Shown piece after piece: positions 9,744 to 19,749 of a stretch of 64,000 nucleotides of DNA. The stretch spans positions 320,001 through 384,000 of the forward strand of contig OY820905.2 in assembly GCA_963555755.3 (NCBI GenBank), given 5' to 3'. The DNA comes from Nitrospirales bacterium. Lineage in GTDB: Bacteria > Nitrospirota > Nitrospiria > Nitrospirales > UBA8639. Position 1 is the first letter of the stretch. Every line of letters starts with the position of its first letter. A model generated the notes under the pieces. It did not search any database. It worked only from the letters and a program-made list of their open reading frames with translations, and was not told the origin of the DNA. The translations under genes were made by a program, and so were the position numbers.

Positions 9744-10313
9744 ATGAGAACAATTAGATTGTTGATTATCGTCATCGCAGTAAGCAATGCCAACACGGCT
9801 ATAGCGCAGCAAATCCCACCACCCGTTGACCTCGGTATTCAGAACATTCTCCAAGAAACGGAAGTCTGGTGCTGGGCGGCCGTAGCTCAACAAATAATAC
9901 TCGCCTTAAACGGACCTCAGGGTACGCCACCACAATGCGCGATGGTTGCTATAGCTAATAACGCAAACCCTCAAATCTGCTGCCAAATACCGCAACAGTG
10001 CCTGGTCGGAGGTAGTCTTCAACAGATACAAGGTCTAATTGCACATTTCGGTGGGCACTATTCAGCCATTGCTCCGCCAGCAGATCCCATGACTATATAT
10101 AACTCGCTAGCATCGGGGAAGGCGATAATTATGGCAGTACGGTCTAGTCCTTTTAGTGGTCACGTCATTGTAATACGCGGGATGCAATGGGTTCCAACCC
10201 AGTTTGGCTTCCAGCCGGTACTACATATAAACGATCCAATGTCGTTTTTTACGCAACCAGTACCATTTCAGAATATCGTTGGATATTGGCAAGCGGCGAT
10301 AGTCGTTCACTAG
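9744..10313 (+). CDS. Secreted papain-like (C39/AvrRpt2-like) cysteine peptidase cassette
   Basis: Signal peptide; QETEVWCWAA, GHVIVI and INDP motifs. Confidence 0.7.
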   Translation: MRTIRLLIIVIAVSNANTAIAQQIPPPVDLGIQNILQETEVWCWAAVAQQIILALNGPQGTPPQCAMVAIANNANPQICCQIPQQCLVGGSLQQIQGLIAHFGGHYSAIAPPADPMTIYNSLASGKAIIMAVRSSPFSGHVIVIRGMQWVPTQFGFQPVLHINDPMSFFTQPVPFQNIVGYWQAAIVVH

Positions 10314-10315
10314 AT

Positions 10316-10428
10316 GCATAACAAATCGTTCAACGCGGACGCTAGATGCATAACAAATCGTTCAACGCGGACGCTTGACTGTGGCTTGCCGTTTGCTGCG
10401 GCTTCGGTCGGCCTCAATCAAGCGCCGG
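10316..10428 (+). other. Truncated attC with a 32-bp tandem duplication of its left arm
   Basis: CTAGATGCATAACAAATCGTTCAACGCGGACG occurs twice; resembles attC 13264-13362 but lacks R'. Confidence 0.7.
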
Positions 10429-10451
10429 AAAGGTGAGGGGGCAATAAGGGG

Positions 10452-12355
10452 CAGGGCTATTTCATATTAAAGTGTAACTTTATAGATAATAAGGAATAAT
10501 CGATTTAGGCTGGCTTTTTCTTTTCGTTTACGGCATACTCTTTTGCATGCCAGACGAATCGCCAAGCGGACAGCCGGACATTGATCTGAGGCAAGTCGTG
10601 GTTCGCCCAATTGTCCGAGACGAAAAGGACGCCTTCAAGACCCTTCTCGACAGACACCACTACCTCGGTCATGCCCCGCTGATTGGCCAATCGATACAAT
10701 ATCTCGCCTGTGTGCAGGATCGCTGGCTGGCCTTGCTGGTGTTTGCGGCGGCGGCCCTCAAATCGAGACCGCGAGACCACTGGATCGGCTGGCCCCCCTG
10801 TTTTCAATGGCAACGACTCCATTTACTGGCCAACAACACCCGGTTTCTCATGCTGCCGGGCTGTTCGCAAAAGAACCTCGCCTCGAAAGTCCTGTCGCTC
10901 TGCGCGAAACGGATCTCGTCCGATTGGCAACTGTACCACGGCTACCCCTTGCTCCTCTTAGAGACCTTCGTCGATCCTGCCCGCTTCACCGGGACCTGCT
11001 ATCGGGCCGCCGGGTGGCACGAGCTCGGTCTGACACGAGGGTTTCGCAAGTCGAACACGTGTTATGTTCAGCATGAGAGACCGAAGCGCATCCTAGTCGT
11101 GCGGCTGCATCCCCAAGCCCGAGAGATCCTTGCACGCCCGATGCTTGATCAGCCCTATCAGAAAGGAGAAGCGCCTCAGATGAGATTGAATACAAAACAG
11201 ACGGACTCCCTCTTTACGTATGTGGTGCAGCTGACCGATCCCCGCCATTTGCAAGGGCAACGGCACACCCGACGCGCCCTCACGGCGATCATGTTCTGTG
11301 CCACCTTGTGCGGCGCGCGCGGCTATGAAGCGATCTCGGACTGGGCCCAGCAGTTATCGCAGCCGATGCGCAAGCGGCTAGGCTGTACTCAGCGAGGGGG
11401 GCGCTACCTCGTCCCGAGCCGCAGCACTCTTTACCGCTTTATCACGGCCGTCGACCCCTGTGAAGTCGATACCCTGCTCGGCCGGTGGCTGGACACCTTC
11501 GGCGGGGAGGATCAGGGCATTGCCATTGATGGGAAGACCATGCGGGGGACGTCGAAGGTCCCAAGCGAACAGCCCCACGTCCTCAGCGCCGTCACCCATC
11601 AAGCCGGGCGCCACCTCACCCAAAAAAAGTTCACTCCAAGACCAATGAGATCCCCTGCGTGCGGCCCCTGTTAGATGCGCTCGAGATCGCAGGGAAGGTG
11701 ATCACGGCGGATGCGCTCCTCACCCAGAAAGAGATTGCCGAGTACCTGGTGCACGAACGCGGCGCCGACTTCGTCTTCACCGTCAAGGGAAACCAGCCCA
11801 CCTTGAAGCACGACATTGAGGCCTTAGCGTTGCGAGCACGCCGGTGCGATTATGCCACCACCGAGAAAGGCCATGGGCAGATCACGACCCGCAGGATCTG
11901 GTGCGATGACTCCCTGAATGCCTATGTCAACTTTCCTCATGTCCAGCAAGTCTTCTGCATTGAGAGGGAAGTGACGCATCTCAAGCAGGGCCTCACGACC
12001 GTCGAAGCGGTCTGCGGTGTCACGAGTCAGTCCAAAGACAAGGCGGGGCCGAAGACCATCCTCTCGCAAAACCGAAAGCATTGGAGTGTGGAGAATAAGC
12101 AGCATTATGTGTTGGACGTCACCTTTGATGAAGACAGGAGTCAGATACGAAGTCTCAATGGCCCAATGGTCATGACCTGTCTGAGACGCTATGCCATCAG
12201 TCTCTTACGCCTGAAAGGCTACACCAATATCGCGCAGGCGTGTAGACTGCTCTGGGGCAAGCCCCATTTAGCCATCCGCATGGCCCTGCCCTGAAAAAGA
12301 GGGCACAAAAAACCTCATGGAATCCCTTGCTTATAAAAAGAATGAAATGGCCCTG
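10452..12355 (+). mobile_element. ISAs1-family IS, copy 2 (ORFs 10547-11674 and 11659-12294)
   Basis: Near-identical to copy 1 but inverted; 10-bp TSD CAATAAGGGG (10442-10451 / 12356-12365). Confidence 0.92.
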
Positions 12356-12362
12356 CAATAAG

Positions 12363-12511
12363 GGGGGACAAGTCTTGACTTCATATATTAACTTCCTTCT
12401 GGCCTACCGCATGACGTGAGATCAAACGGTTTTTGGGAGAGTCGAGGGAGACCCTGGAGCTTTATACGCCTGTGGCCATGGGCCAAAAAGTATTAACTCA
12501 CAACCTGACCC
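12363..12511. repeat. Mini-element copy D
   Basis: GGGGGACAAGTCTTGAC...ACAACCTGACCC. Confidence 0.8.
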
Positions 12512-12663
12512 ATTCATTTGCCAGGCATCTGCTGGAAGGCGGCAACGATATCAAGACAGTACAAGAACTGCTGGGTCATCGAGATATGAAAACCACAATT
12601 ATCTCCACCCATGTTCTCAATCGTGGGGCAGCTGGAGTCCGCAGTCCGCTGGATGGGTTGTGA
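12511..12663 (+). pseudogene. intI: Integron integrase 3' fragment with catalytic Tyr lost
   Basis: [43 protein letters not shown] has become ISTH. Confidence 0.85.
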
Positions 12664-12846
12664 GCCTATTCAAATAAGTGGCATTATCCTGATCCGCATA
12701 AGATGCCAAACTAACTGGACTCGTGGATGCAACCAATTGAAAAGACCCCGGTTCTGGCGTATTGTTCAGAAGACTCGATGCGTGTTATGCGGACAGAAAC
12801 TCGAAGACCCGTGCTCTTACACGGATCCATCTAAACATTGTTAGGT
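12664..12846 (+). promoter_or_regulatory. Putative attI region with Pc-like promoter, copy 3
   Basis: Nearly identical to 5494-5676; GTTAGGTTTCA pairs with TGAAACCTAAC (13260-13270). Confidence 0.7.
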
Positions 12847-12866
12847 TTCAGCGGAAGATCTTATCG

Positions 12867-13262
12867 GTGCTTGCTCCGAATCAATTTCAGGTTAACGAAG
12901 CTTGGATCGCGTTCAAGCTAAATGACGCTCCGATTTCCATACAGGAAGATGGCGACTTTAACGTTCTGGCTCTAATGGATGCAGCGAGTTGCTTCATTCT
13001 AGGCACAGAGTTAGTGCCCGCAGATTCGACAGAACCATCTCAATTGGAGTCCATGCGATTGCTGAAGGGTGGGCAATCTCATAAAGATCAATTGCCGAAA
13101 AAACTCTTAATTCCAAACAAGCAAATTGCAGATATACTGACAAGAGAAGCCGAGCGGATCGGCATCGTCGTAGTTCGTGTTCCAGAAGAGCAGCTTTTGG
13201 CGTTCATAGATGAAGCACGTGAGGGATTTCAGGAGCACGTAAATGGGGGCCGGACGCACTGA
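12867..13262 (+). CDS. Cassette hypothetical protein
   Basis: GTG start after the recombination point; stop codon abuts the attC. Confidence 0.65.
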   Translation: MLAPNQFQVNEAWIAFKLNDAPISIQEDGDFNVLALMDAASCFILGTELVPADSTEPSQLESMRLLKGGQSHKDQLPKKLLIPNKQIADILTREAERIGIVVVRVPEEQLLAFIDEAREGFQEHVNGGRTH

Positions 13263-13263
13263 A

Positions 13264-13362
13264 ACCTAACAAGCGCGATCGAGACCGACGCTTGGCTGCG
13301 CCCTTCCTTCGCTACCGCTTCGGTCGATTGCAATCAAGCGCGGCTCATCGCGGACGTTAGGC
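13264..13362 (+). other. attC site
   Basis: R'' ACCTAAC, R' GTTAGGC; CGCGATCGAG/CTCATCGCG arms. Confidence 0.85.
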
Positions 13363-13428
13363 TGCATAGCCCACCCTATTCGTGAAGTTACTTGCCCGCC
13401 CGAGGAGGAAAGTCGAAATATGATTTCA

Positions 13429-14440
13429 TATGCCTTCCCATTTGACTAAGGTTAGTCCCTAGACTAGTCTGCTGGACTATGGACACAGGGTATGCTGCTG
13501 ATATCTTGGATTTTTCTGTTAGGTTCCACACCGAAGAAGCGTGCTTCGAGTACTTGCGGGCGATTCGGTGGCCAGACGGGTTTATGTGTCCAGCTTGCGG
13601 TCATCGCGGTGGTTGGTGGCTCAAAAAATATTTCCGGTTTGAGTGTTCGTCGTGTCATAGACAGACATCACCGCTAAGCGGCACAGTGATGCATAGATCG
13701 CACTTGCCGCTACGGCTTTGGTTTTGGGCTGCCTATTTCGTCTCCACGCACACACCTGGCATCAGTGCTGTGCAATTGCAGCGTCAACTCAGTATCAAGA
13801 AGGTGGATAGCGCCTGGTATTTGCTCCACAGATTGCGACGAGGAATGGTACGACAGAACCGTGAACGGCTCGCAGGAACAGTTGAAGCCGATGAAACCCA
13901 TATCGGTGGACCGGTAAAAGGCAAAACGGGCCGTGGCGTCGCGAAAGCGAAAACCAAGACGTTAATAGCCGGAGCCGTAGAAATTGTCACGTACACACAA
14001 GGGGATCACTTTCGAGAGAAAGCAGGGCGTTTACGATTAGCGATTCTTCAAGACGCTGGAGAGAACGAGATCAAAGCATTCCTCAATAGCCATGTCGCTG
14101 AGGGCAGTAAGATCAAGTCCGATGGTTGGAAGGGATACTCGGCAAAAGCCTTGGCAGGATACGAACACCTGAGACGGACCCAGGGTGACCCAGCAAGTGC
14201 TGGGAAGCACGCTCCACACATCCATAGAGCGTTCGGCAATCTGCAGACCTGGCTGAACGGGATTCACCATGGAGTGGATTCAAAATACCTGCAACACTAT
14301 CTTGATGAGTTTGTCTTTCGCTATAACCGCCGTGAGACTCCAATGAGTACCTTCCAGAGTTTGTTGAAAATCCTGACCAGCAGCTCAAAACCCTTGGGAT
14401 TCAATAAACTGAAGCAACCTTAGTTAAATGGGAAGGCATA
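13429..14440 (+). mobile_element. IS1595-family IS (transposase 13479-14423)
   Basis: 24/25-bp IR TATGCCTTCCCATTT(G/A)ACTAAGGTT; 8-bp TSD TGATTTCA; Zn ribbon CPAC/CSSC, VEADET, SDG and YLDEFVFRYNRR motifs. Confidence 0.93.
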
Positions 14441-15171
14441 TGATTTCAAATCCCAGGATACTCAGAGTGCGACCCCCTTTACAGCGAGGTACTGTGTTGT
14501 TGCCAACTCGCGAAACGATGCTCCTGATTAGCCGCGCATGCCTTGCGACGGCATTGCTCGTGATGATGGCCGCCTTGGGTCAGTCGGTTCACGCCACAGG
14601 CGGAAGTCAGACGAGGTTTCAGCGCATTTCGACGCAGTTCATCGCAGCATTGGGTACTCCAGGTGCAACCTCCGGGAGCGGCGCGCAGTCGTGGGGTCTC
14701 TGGCCTCTGGATCCGGGCCCTCGTGGAGTGAGGTTGAGCAGCTTTGAGCAGTTAGAGGAGGCGGGTGGAGTGGCCCCCGCACGCTGGAAATTCGACCACA
14801 CAGACTGGTGGCTGGAGGAACACGGCTTAATAATGGAGCAGCCGAGATTTCCGATCCCTCCTGGCAAATACCTGGTCACGGGTAACCGCGAGGTCACGAC
14901 CGTGCTGACCATTCATCCCGCTGACAAGGATGGAAATAGGCGCTGGGAGCTCGATGACCACGCGACGCTCTATGACGTGACGCACTTGGGCTGCCGCTCC
15001 GCGCGGTATACACCGATGACCGGTGACGGTTCGTGTTCTCCGGTAAACGTGCAGAAGACTGCGTTTCCGGTCACTCCAGGGGGGACGATGCCTACAGTCG
15101 AGGGCTGCAAGAAGCAAGACTATGCGGTTCTCTTCGTGATCGCTGTGGTAGTGAAAAACGAAGGTCGGTGA
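14440..15171 (+). CDS. Cassette secreted hypothetical protein (cut off from its native RBS by the IS1595)
   Basis: Original GAGGAGG...ATGATTTCA at 13402-13428; ATG regenerated at 14440; followed by an attC. Confidence 0.7.
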   Translation: MISNPRILRVRPPLQRGTVLLPTRETMLLISRACLATALLVMMAALGQSVHATGGSQTRFQRISTQFIAALGTPGATSGSGAQSWGLWPLDPGPRGVRLSSFEQLEEAGGVAPARWKFDHTDWWLEEHGLIMEQPRFPIPPGKYLVTGNREVTTVLTIHPADKDGNRRWELDDHATLYDVTHLGCRSARYTPMTGDGSCSPVNVQKTAFPVTPGGTMPTVEGCKKQDYAVLFVIAVVVKNEGR

Positions 15172-15205
15172 TGCCGGCAAGATTCGTAGCGTATAGCGAG
15201 ATGTC

Positions 15206-15278
15206 GCCCAACAAGCGCAGGCAGTCGAGCAAACCACTCGCTACGCTTGCGGTCTGCCGCTGAGGCGTTGCGTTAGAT
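15206..15278 (+). other. attC site
   Basis: R'' GCCCAAC, R' GTTAGAT; GGCAG/CTGCC arms. Confidence 0.7.
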
Positions 15279-15307
15279 GTCACACGCGACTAAAGGGCTA
15301 ACTCGAT

Positions 15308-16182
15308 ATGGAACAAACGACAGAATTTCGAGAGATTACTGCGAATTCGGAATCACAGCAGCCAGGCCTAAGCTTCCTGCTGACGTTCATAAGGGCACCT
15401 CTAAAAACCGTCCTTTTCCGTGATGGCGGCGTCAGTCGCGTGCTCACATCCTCATGTATTCGCCCATACACTCCGGTTTTCCGCGCGCGGCTTCCTTGCC
15501 CTCACAAAAAATGCCTGGTTTTTAGAGGTGCCCACAACATGTAACCTGCTCTGTGCGACAATTTTTCAGGTTCTGAGTCATATACCTCCGTGGAAAGAGG
15601 ATTCACCGATCGAGGATTTTACAGGAGGCATCCTCTGGATGCTGAGCTTAACTTGCCTGCTGATTGCATGTCGTTACACATCCTCTAAGATCGAGGCTGA
15701 TTTTTTGGCTGATGTCATGTGCTGCCCTTTCTGTACTGGCGATGGATGAGATATTTGCATTCCACGAACGTCCCGAACAACAGGGATTATTCAACGACGA
15801 CTATTTTAAGGTAATTTGCTGGCTCGCGACGGCCTTCGTATTCCGCCTTGTCTTCCGCATGGAGGAGCCTTCTCTTACTGCCAGGCGTGCCATATTCACA
15901 GGCTATCTGTTCCATAGCCTGTATATTTTGGTTGAGCTAGGGGATGGGGAGTTTTTTCGAATACCTTTTCTATCGATACATCTTCTTAAGTGGTCGGAGG
16001 AATTTTTCGAACTCTTTTTCCTGGTGTCATACCTGTTAGCTTTTGTCCTTATCCACATGAGCCATAGTAATGATAAAGAGAGAGTCGGCCAGAGGGAAAC
16101 TTACCTAAATCCTGCACTAGATATGAATGCACTGCGTTCGGATCGGCATTGTGTCTCGAAGGGGTTCGACGGATTGGTCTAG
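15308..16182 (+). pseudogene. Cassette membrane-protein gene interrupted by a MITE and frameshifted
   Basis: Hydrophobic coding pieces in three frames (15308-15392, ~15534-15700, 15664-16182 with LAMDEIFAFHE). Confidence 0.55.
15393..15533. mobile_element. 141-bp MITE, copy 1
   Basis: 17-bp IR GGGCACCTCTAAAAACC; three near-identical copies in the window. Confidence 0.9.
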
Positions 16183-16244
16183 AGAGCCCGGACATGGTGG
16201 AGTTACTCGAGAATGAGCTTACGATCGAAGGTAAACCATAAGCC

Positions 16245-16332
16245 TTCTCACAACCGCATGGAGCGGCCACAGTATGCACAAAGTGCCTGAAGTGAAACGG
16301 CAGCCGCGTGCCGCTCATGCGGGACATTAGAC
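16245..16332 (+). other. Degenerate attC
   Basis: CCGCATGGAGCGGC/GCCGCTCATGCGG arms intact; cores mutated (TTCTCAC, ATTAGAC). Confidence 0.6.
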
Positions 16333-16365
16333 CACATCCGTGACCTGCAGAGGAGGTTCAAGACG

Positions 16366-17316
16366 ATGACCAGCTTGCGAACTTTTCACCGTGTACTCCT
16401 TCTATTCGCGCTGGTGCTCTTCAGCGTTGCGTCAACAGTCTTTGCCCAGGCTAGTCGGACAGTATCGATTCACCAACTAAGCGACGATTACGGTTTCCCG
16501 TACGGTGGCACTCAGTCCATGAATCTTAGTGGCTTCGTGGGATACAAGGGACGTCTCTTTATCGTGGGTGACAAAGGACTTGATCGAAGTCTCTATGAGA
16601 TTCGTAAGGAGGGAACGCAGTGGCGCATCATTTCCCGGGTTCCCCTAAAATTCAGTAGTCCGTCTGATTTGGAAGGGGCATTCTACTCTGCCACCGGGTT
16701 GTTTCTGGTAAACGAGAGCCAGCAGCGCGTGTACTGGTTTGATTTCGATGGAAACAGTGCGAAACGGCGACGATTGACGATTGATTTCCCTCAGTCAATG
16801 AATTCGGAGAATTGGGGTAATGCAGGATTGGAGGGCGTTGCGTACGATGATGAACGTGGCCTTCTATATCTTGCAAAAGAGCGATCGCCACGAGCAATAC
16901 TGGTTTTCGCTGTAAAGGAATCAGACGGATCCAGTGCGTTCATAAAGCAGTTTGACATACGACCTCCAGCCGGTGCTTCGGGCACGCATAGCTTTTCAGA
17001 TCTGTATTTCGAGAACGGTTTTCTCTATGCGCTGGAACGACGTTCATTGTCAGTCGCAAAAATCGACACAGTAACCGAACAAGTCGTCGGCCGCCTCGAT
17101 TTCAGCTGCATCATCGATACGAATGGTGGCCTCTACGATGGTGATCCCAATAGATACGGGTTAGCGGAGGCCTTGTTGCTCACATCTGACATGGTCCTCA
17201 TCGGACTCGACAACAACGGGAAGCCGATCAACGATGCTAACAAGTTCGCGCAGCGTTTCAATCTGAATGGCACGCAGCCGACTATTTTGCAGGTTCCCAG
17301 GCCTGCGGGCTTCTAA
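16366..17316 (+). CDS. Secreted beta-propeller protein (SdiA-regulated/phytase-like)
   Basis: RBS GAGGAGG, signal peptide; NLSG, DLEG, NAGLEGVAYD, LYLAKER and LYALER motifs. Confidence 0.7.
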   Translation: MTSLRTFHRVLLLFALVLFSVASTVFAQASRTVSIHQLSDDYGFPYGGTQSMNLSGFVGYKGRLFIVGDKGLDRSLYEIRKEGTQWRIISRVPLKFSSPSDLEGAFYSATGLFLVNESQQRVYWFDFDGNSAKRRRLTIDFPQSMNSENWGNAGLEGVAYDDERGLLYLAKERSPRAILVFAVKESDGSSAFIKQFDIRPPAGASGTHSFSDLYFENGFLYALERRSLSVAKIDTVTEQVVGRLDFSCIIDTNGGLYDGDPNRYGLAEALLLTSDMVLIGLDNNGKPINDANKFAQRFNLNGTQPTILQVPRPAGF

Positions 17317-17720
17317 GGGCTCGCGCAAGAATAACTTCCCATTTTGGGGTGACGAGACACCTGTCTGGCAAGGCGCGAGGACTGCGCATACTCTTGGTAT
17401 GTAAGGGACGAGCAACGCCGCCAGACAGGATGGATCGACGCTCAAAGATGGGAAGTTATTCTTGCGCGAGCCCTAAGGCTGGGATGAGGGGGCAACCTAT
17501 TAGACGGCTCTGGTTAAGTGGACACACGGCTCCGCTCTTTTTCTCTATGCTTCTTAAATCCTGGCTTCTTAAAAAGGGGACGCTACCCTTTTTCGACCCT
17601 TTTGGGGCGAGGTTCATTGTGGATGGCCAGGATATTTCAGCACTGCTCATTGAAAAAAGCCTCGCCGTACCCTGTGACGGGGGGATGAAGACCAATGATT
17701 GGTGTGAATAAGGAGGATGA

Positions 17721-17979
17721 CATGCAAAACCAAATTAAAATTTTAATTTTTTTATCTGAGAGTAATAACGGTAGATGCACGTATGCGGAATTTAAAAGGT
17801 TCGATAATGACCCGACCCACCACTTAGCCACATTTTTACTAGACCTGATTTTCACCGGCAAGGTCCAGGATAATACGGGCACCGATGAATATATTTTGAC
17901 CGATGAAGGGAAAACGTATCTCGTAGAATTACAAACGTTGTCTGTTTTGTCCAAAAGTGTGTCCCAAAAAAGTAAATAA
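17721..17979 (+). CDS. Small hypothetical protein
   Basis: RBS AAGGAGG before MQNQIK; wHTH-like tail YILTDEGKTYL. Confidence 0.5.
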
Positions 17980-18252
17980 AAAGCCCCAGGGCTCCGAAGA
18001 ATCCTGAGGCTTGAGTCGAACGCTACACATGGACGGGATGAGCCTAGCAGATCGGGGTTGTCAATCCGAGGGTATTCTTCTGGTCGTGCGGTGTAGCAAG
18101 GGGGGAGGAGGGTGAGGGTTTCCTCTATGCAGGGAAACACCACACGAAAAGATGGGGTCAGACTCGATTAAACACAAAGACGTCGAGTACCGTTAACCAA
18201 AAGGCATTTACCCAAAATCCGCGCGAACTTTTTTCGCAAAAGGTTCAAGCCC

Positions 18253-18894
18253 ATGTCATCACCAACCCGAGGGATACTTTATCGAATTTTCGATTGGCTG
18301 AATCGCCTCATCTGTCGTGTCTTGTATAAGGTTCGCCCACCATCAGGGTCGCCCCTGCCTGAAAGTGGCCCTGTGCTCTTGGTCTCCGATCACTCTTCCT
18401 ACAGCGATCCGATGGTGTTGGCGGCTACCGCTGGTCGCCCGATTATTTTCCTCACTGCCAGAGAGATTTATCATCGTCCCTTTCTGGGATGGTTTTGCAA
18501 GACGGTCCGGTATATACCGGTGCGCCGGGACGTTCAGGATGTCGGGGCGGTGCGGGCCATGCTCCGGGCTTTAAGCCAGGGCGAGGTTGTTGCCCTCTTT
18601 CCGGAAGGGGGCATTGACGAATATCGGGAAGAGCGTGGACATTTGGGAATTGGATATTTGGCGTTGAAAACGGCGGCCCCCGTGGTGCCGGCTTCCATTG
18701 TATGGGACCAAGCCAGTCCCCTCACTCTGGGGCGAAGTCTTTGTACCCCTCGGAAAGCAACGGTCCGCTATAGCGCGCCGATTTTATTCCCATCTCTCGC
18801 ACACCCTGATCGTGAACACATTGAGCAGGCCACCGCCAGAATCATGGATGCCCTTCGTGCCCTCAGAGATTCCCAGACCTCCACTCTTTGCTAA
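18253..18894 (+). CDS. Lysophospholipid acyltransferase (PlsC-like)
   Basis: HSSYSD (HxxxxD) and FPEGG motifs. Confidence 0.85.
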   Translation: MSSPTRGILYRIFDWLNRLICRVLYKVRPPSGSPLPESGPVLLVSDHSSYSDPMVLAATAGRPIIFLTAREIYHRPFLGWFCKTVRYIPVRRDVQDVGAVRAMLRALSQGEVVALFPEGGIDEYREERGHLGIGYLALKTAAPVVPASIVWDQASPLTLGRSLCTPRKATVRYSAPILFPSLAHPDREHIEQATARIMDALRALRDSQTSTLC

Positions 18895-19001
18895 GCAACT
18901 GTTGCTCTCCCTCCGTAGGGGTCAACCTTCTTTTGTGGGACAGGTCTCATGTTTTGCACGCGAATGACTCGGAAATATAAACCGAAAAAGAGAAAAGGGT
19001 C

Positions 19002-19117
19002 TTCTCCCAAGTGAGTGGGTAAATTTGGGCGAGTCATGTCCTGAAAGGCTTGCTGGAGAAGAGGTTGGTGGGTTTTTCGACCGTGGGAAAAGTGGCCAGG
19101 CTTTCTTGAGGCTTCAC
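19002..19117. repeat. 116-bp dispersed repeat, copy 1
   Basis: Aligns without gaps to 32219-32334. Confidence 0.8.
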
Positions 19118-19131
19118 AAGGCAACGATCTC

Positions 19132-19521
19132 TTGGTGAGATACAGGGGGCTCGATAGTCCGGGGATCAGCAGAAGGATTATGCAACGAATTGTCGGAGCG
19201 TGTGATAAATATGAGTATTTCAACGTTTTGGTACTTGGTTACTTCGAAAACTCAGTACCTACGTTTGAGAATTATGACCTGTCCGCGATGTTCACAGAAG
19301 TAGGCTTTACCTGGAAACATCGATTGGCGTGGGTTGACCAGAATTCAAGCACCTATGATAGCATTCATTTTGCGGAACCAGTCTTGTCAAATCGTGGATT
19401 TTCGGCACGTCTTTTCCGGGAAGTTGAAGATGCAACACAATGGCTTCTTCGCGACACTACTGATTCACATAACCATTCGCTCAACCGGACGCCTGAAGGC
19501 GATGGTTCGCTCGCACGTTAG
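19132..19521 (+). pseudogene. 5'-truncated cassette gene reading into an attC
   Basis: SpoIIAA-like tail ARLFREVEDATQWL; begins right after the 116-bp repeat. Confidence 0.45.
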
Positions 19522-19523
19522 GG
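19467..19523 (+). other. Short degenerate attC
   Basis: R'' ACATAAC, R' GTTAGGG; AACC..CGCC/GGCG..GGTT hairpin. Confidence 0.55.
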
Positions 19524-19553
19524 CTATAGGGAAATCATGACGTGAATACTACA

Positions 19554-19694
19554 GGGCACCTCTAAAAACCGTCTTTTTCTGTGATGGCGGCGTCAGCCGC
19601 GTGCACAAATCCTCATGTATTCGCCCATACACTCCGGTTTTCCGCGCGCGGCTTCCTTGCCCTCACAAAAAATGCCTGGTTTTTAGAGGTGCCC
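19554..19694. mobile_element. 141-bp MITE, copy 2
   Basis: Same IR; flanked by a TACA direct repeat. Confidence 0.9.
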
Positions 19695-19749
19695 TACAGA
19701 GCAATTCTCCATTGATGCATGAATTGGAATAAGAATTGAACTAGGGAAA

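Noticed and set aside
7469..12355. Composite transposon inserted as one unit
   Set aside because: Each IS has its own distinct TSD, so the insertions were independent.
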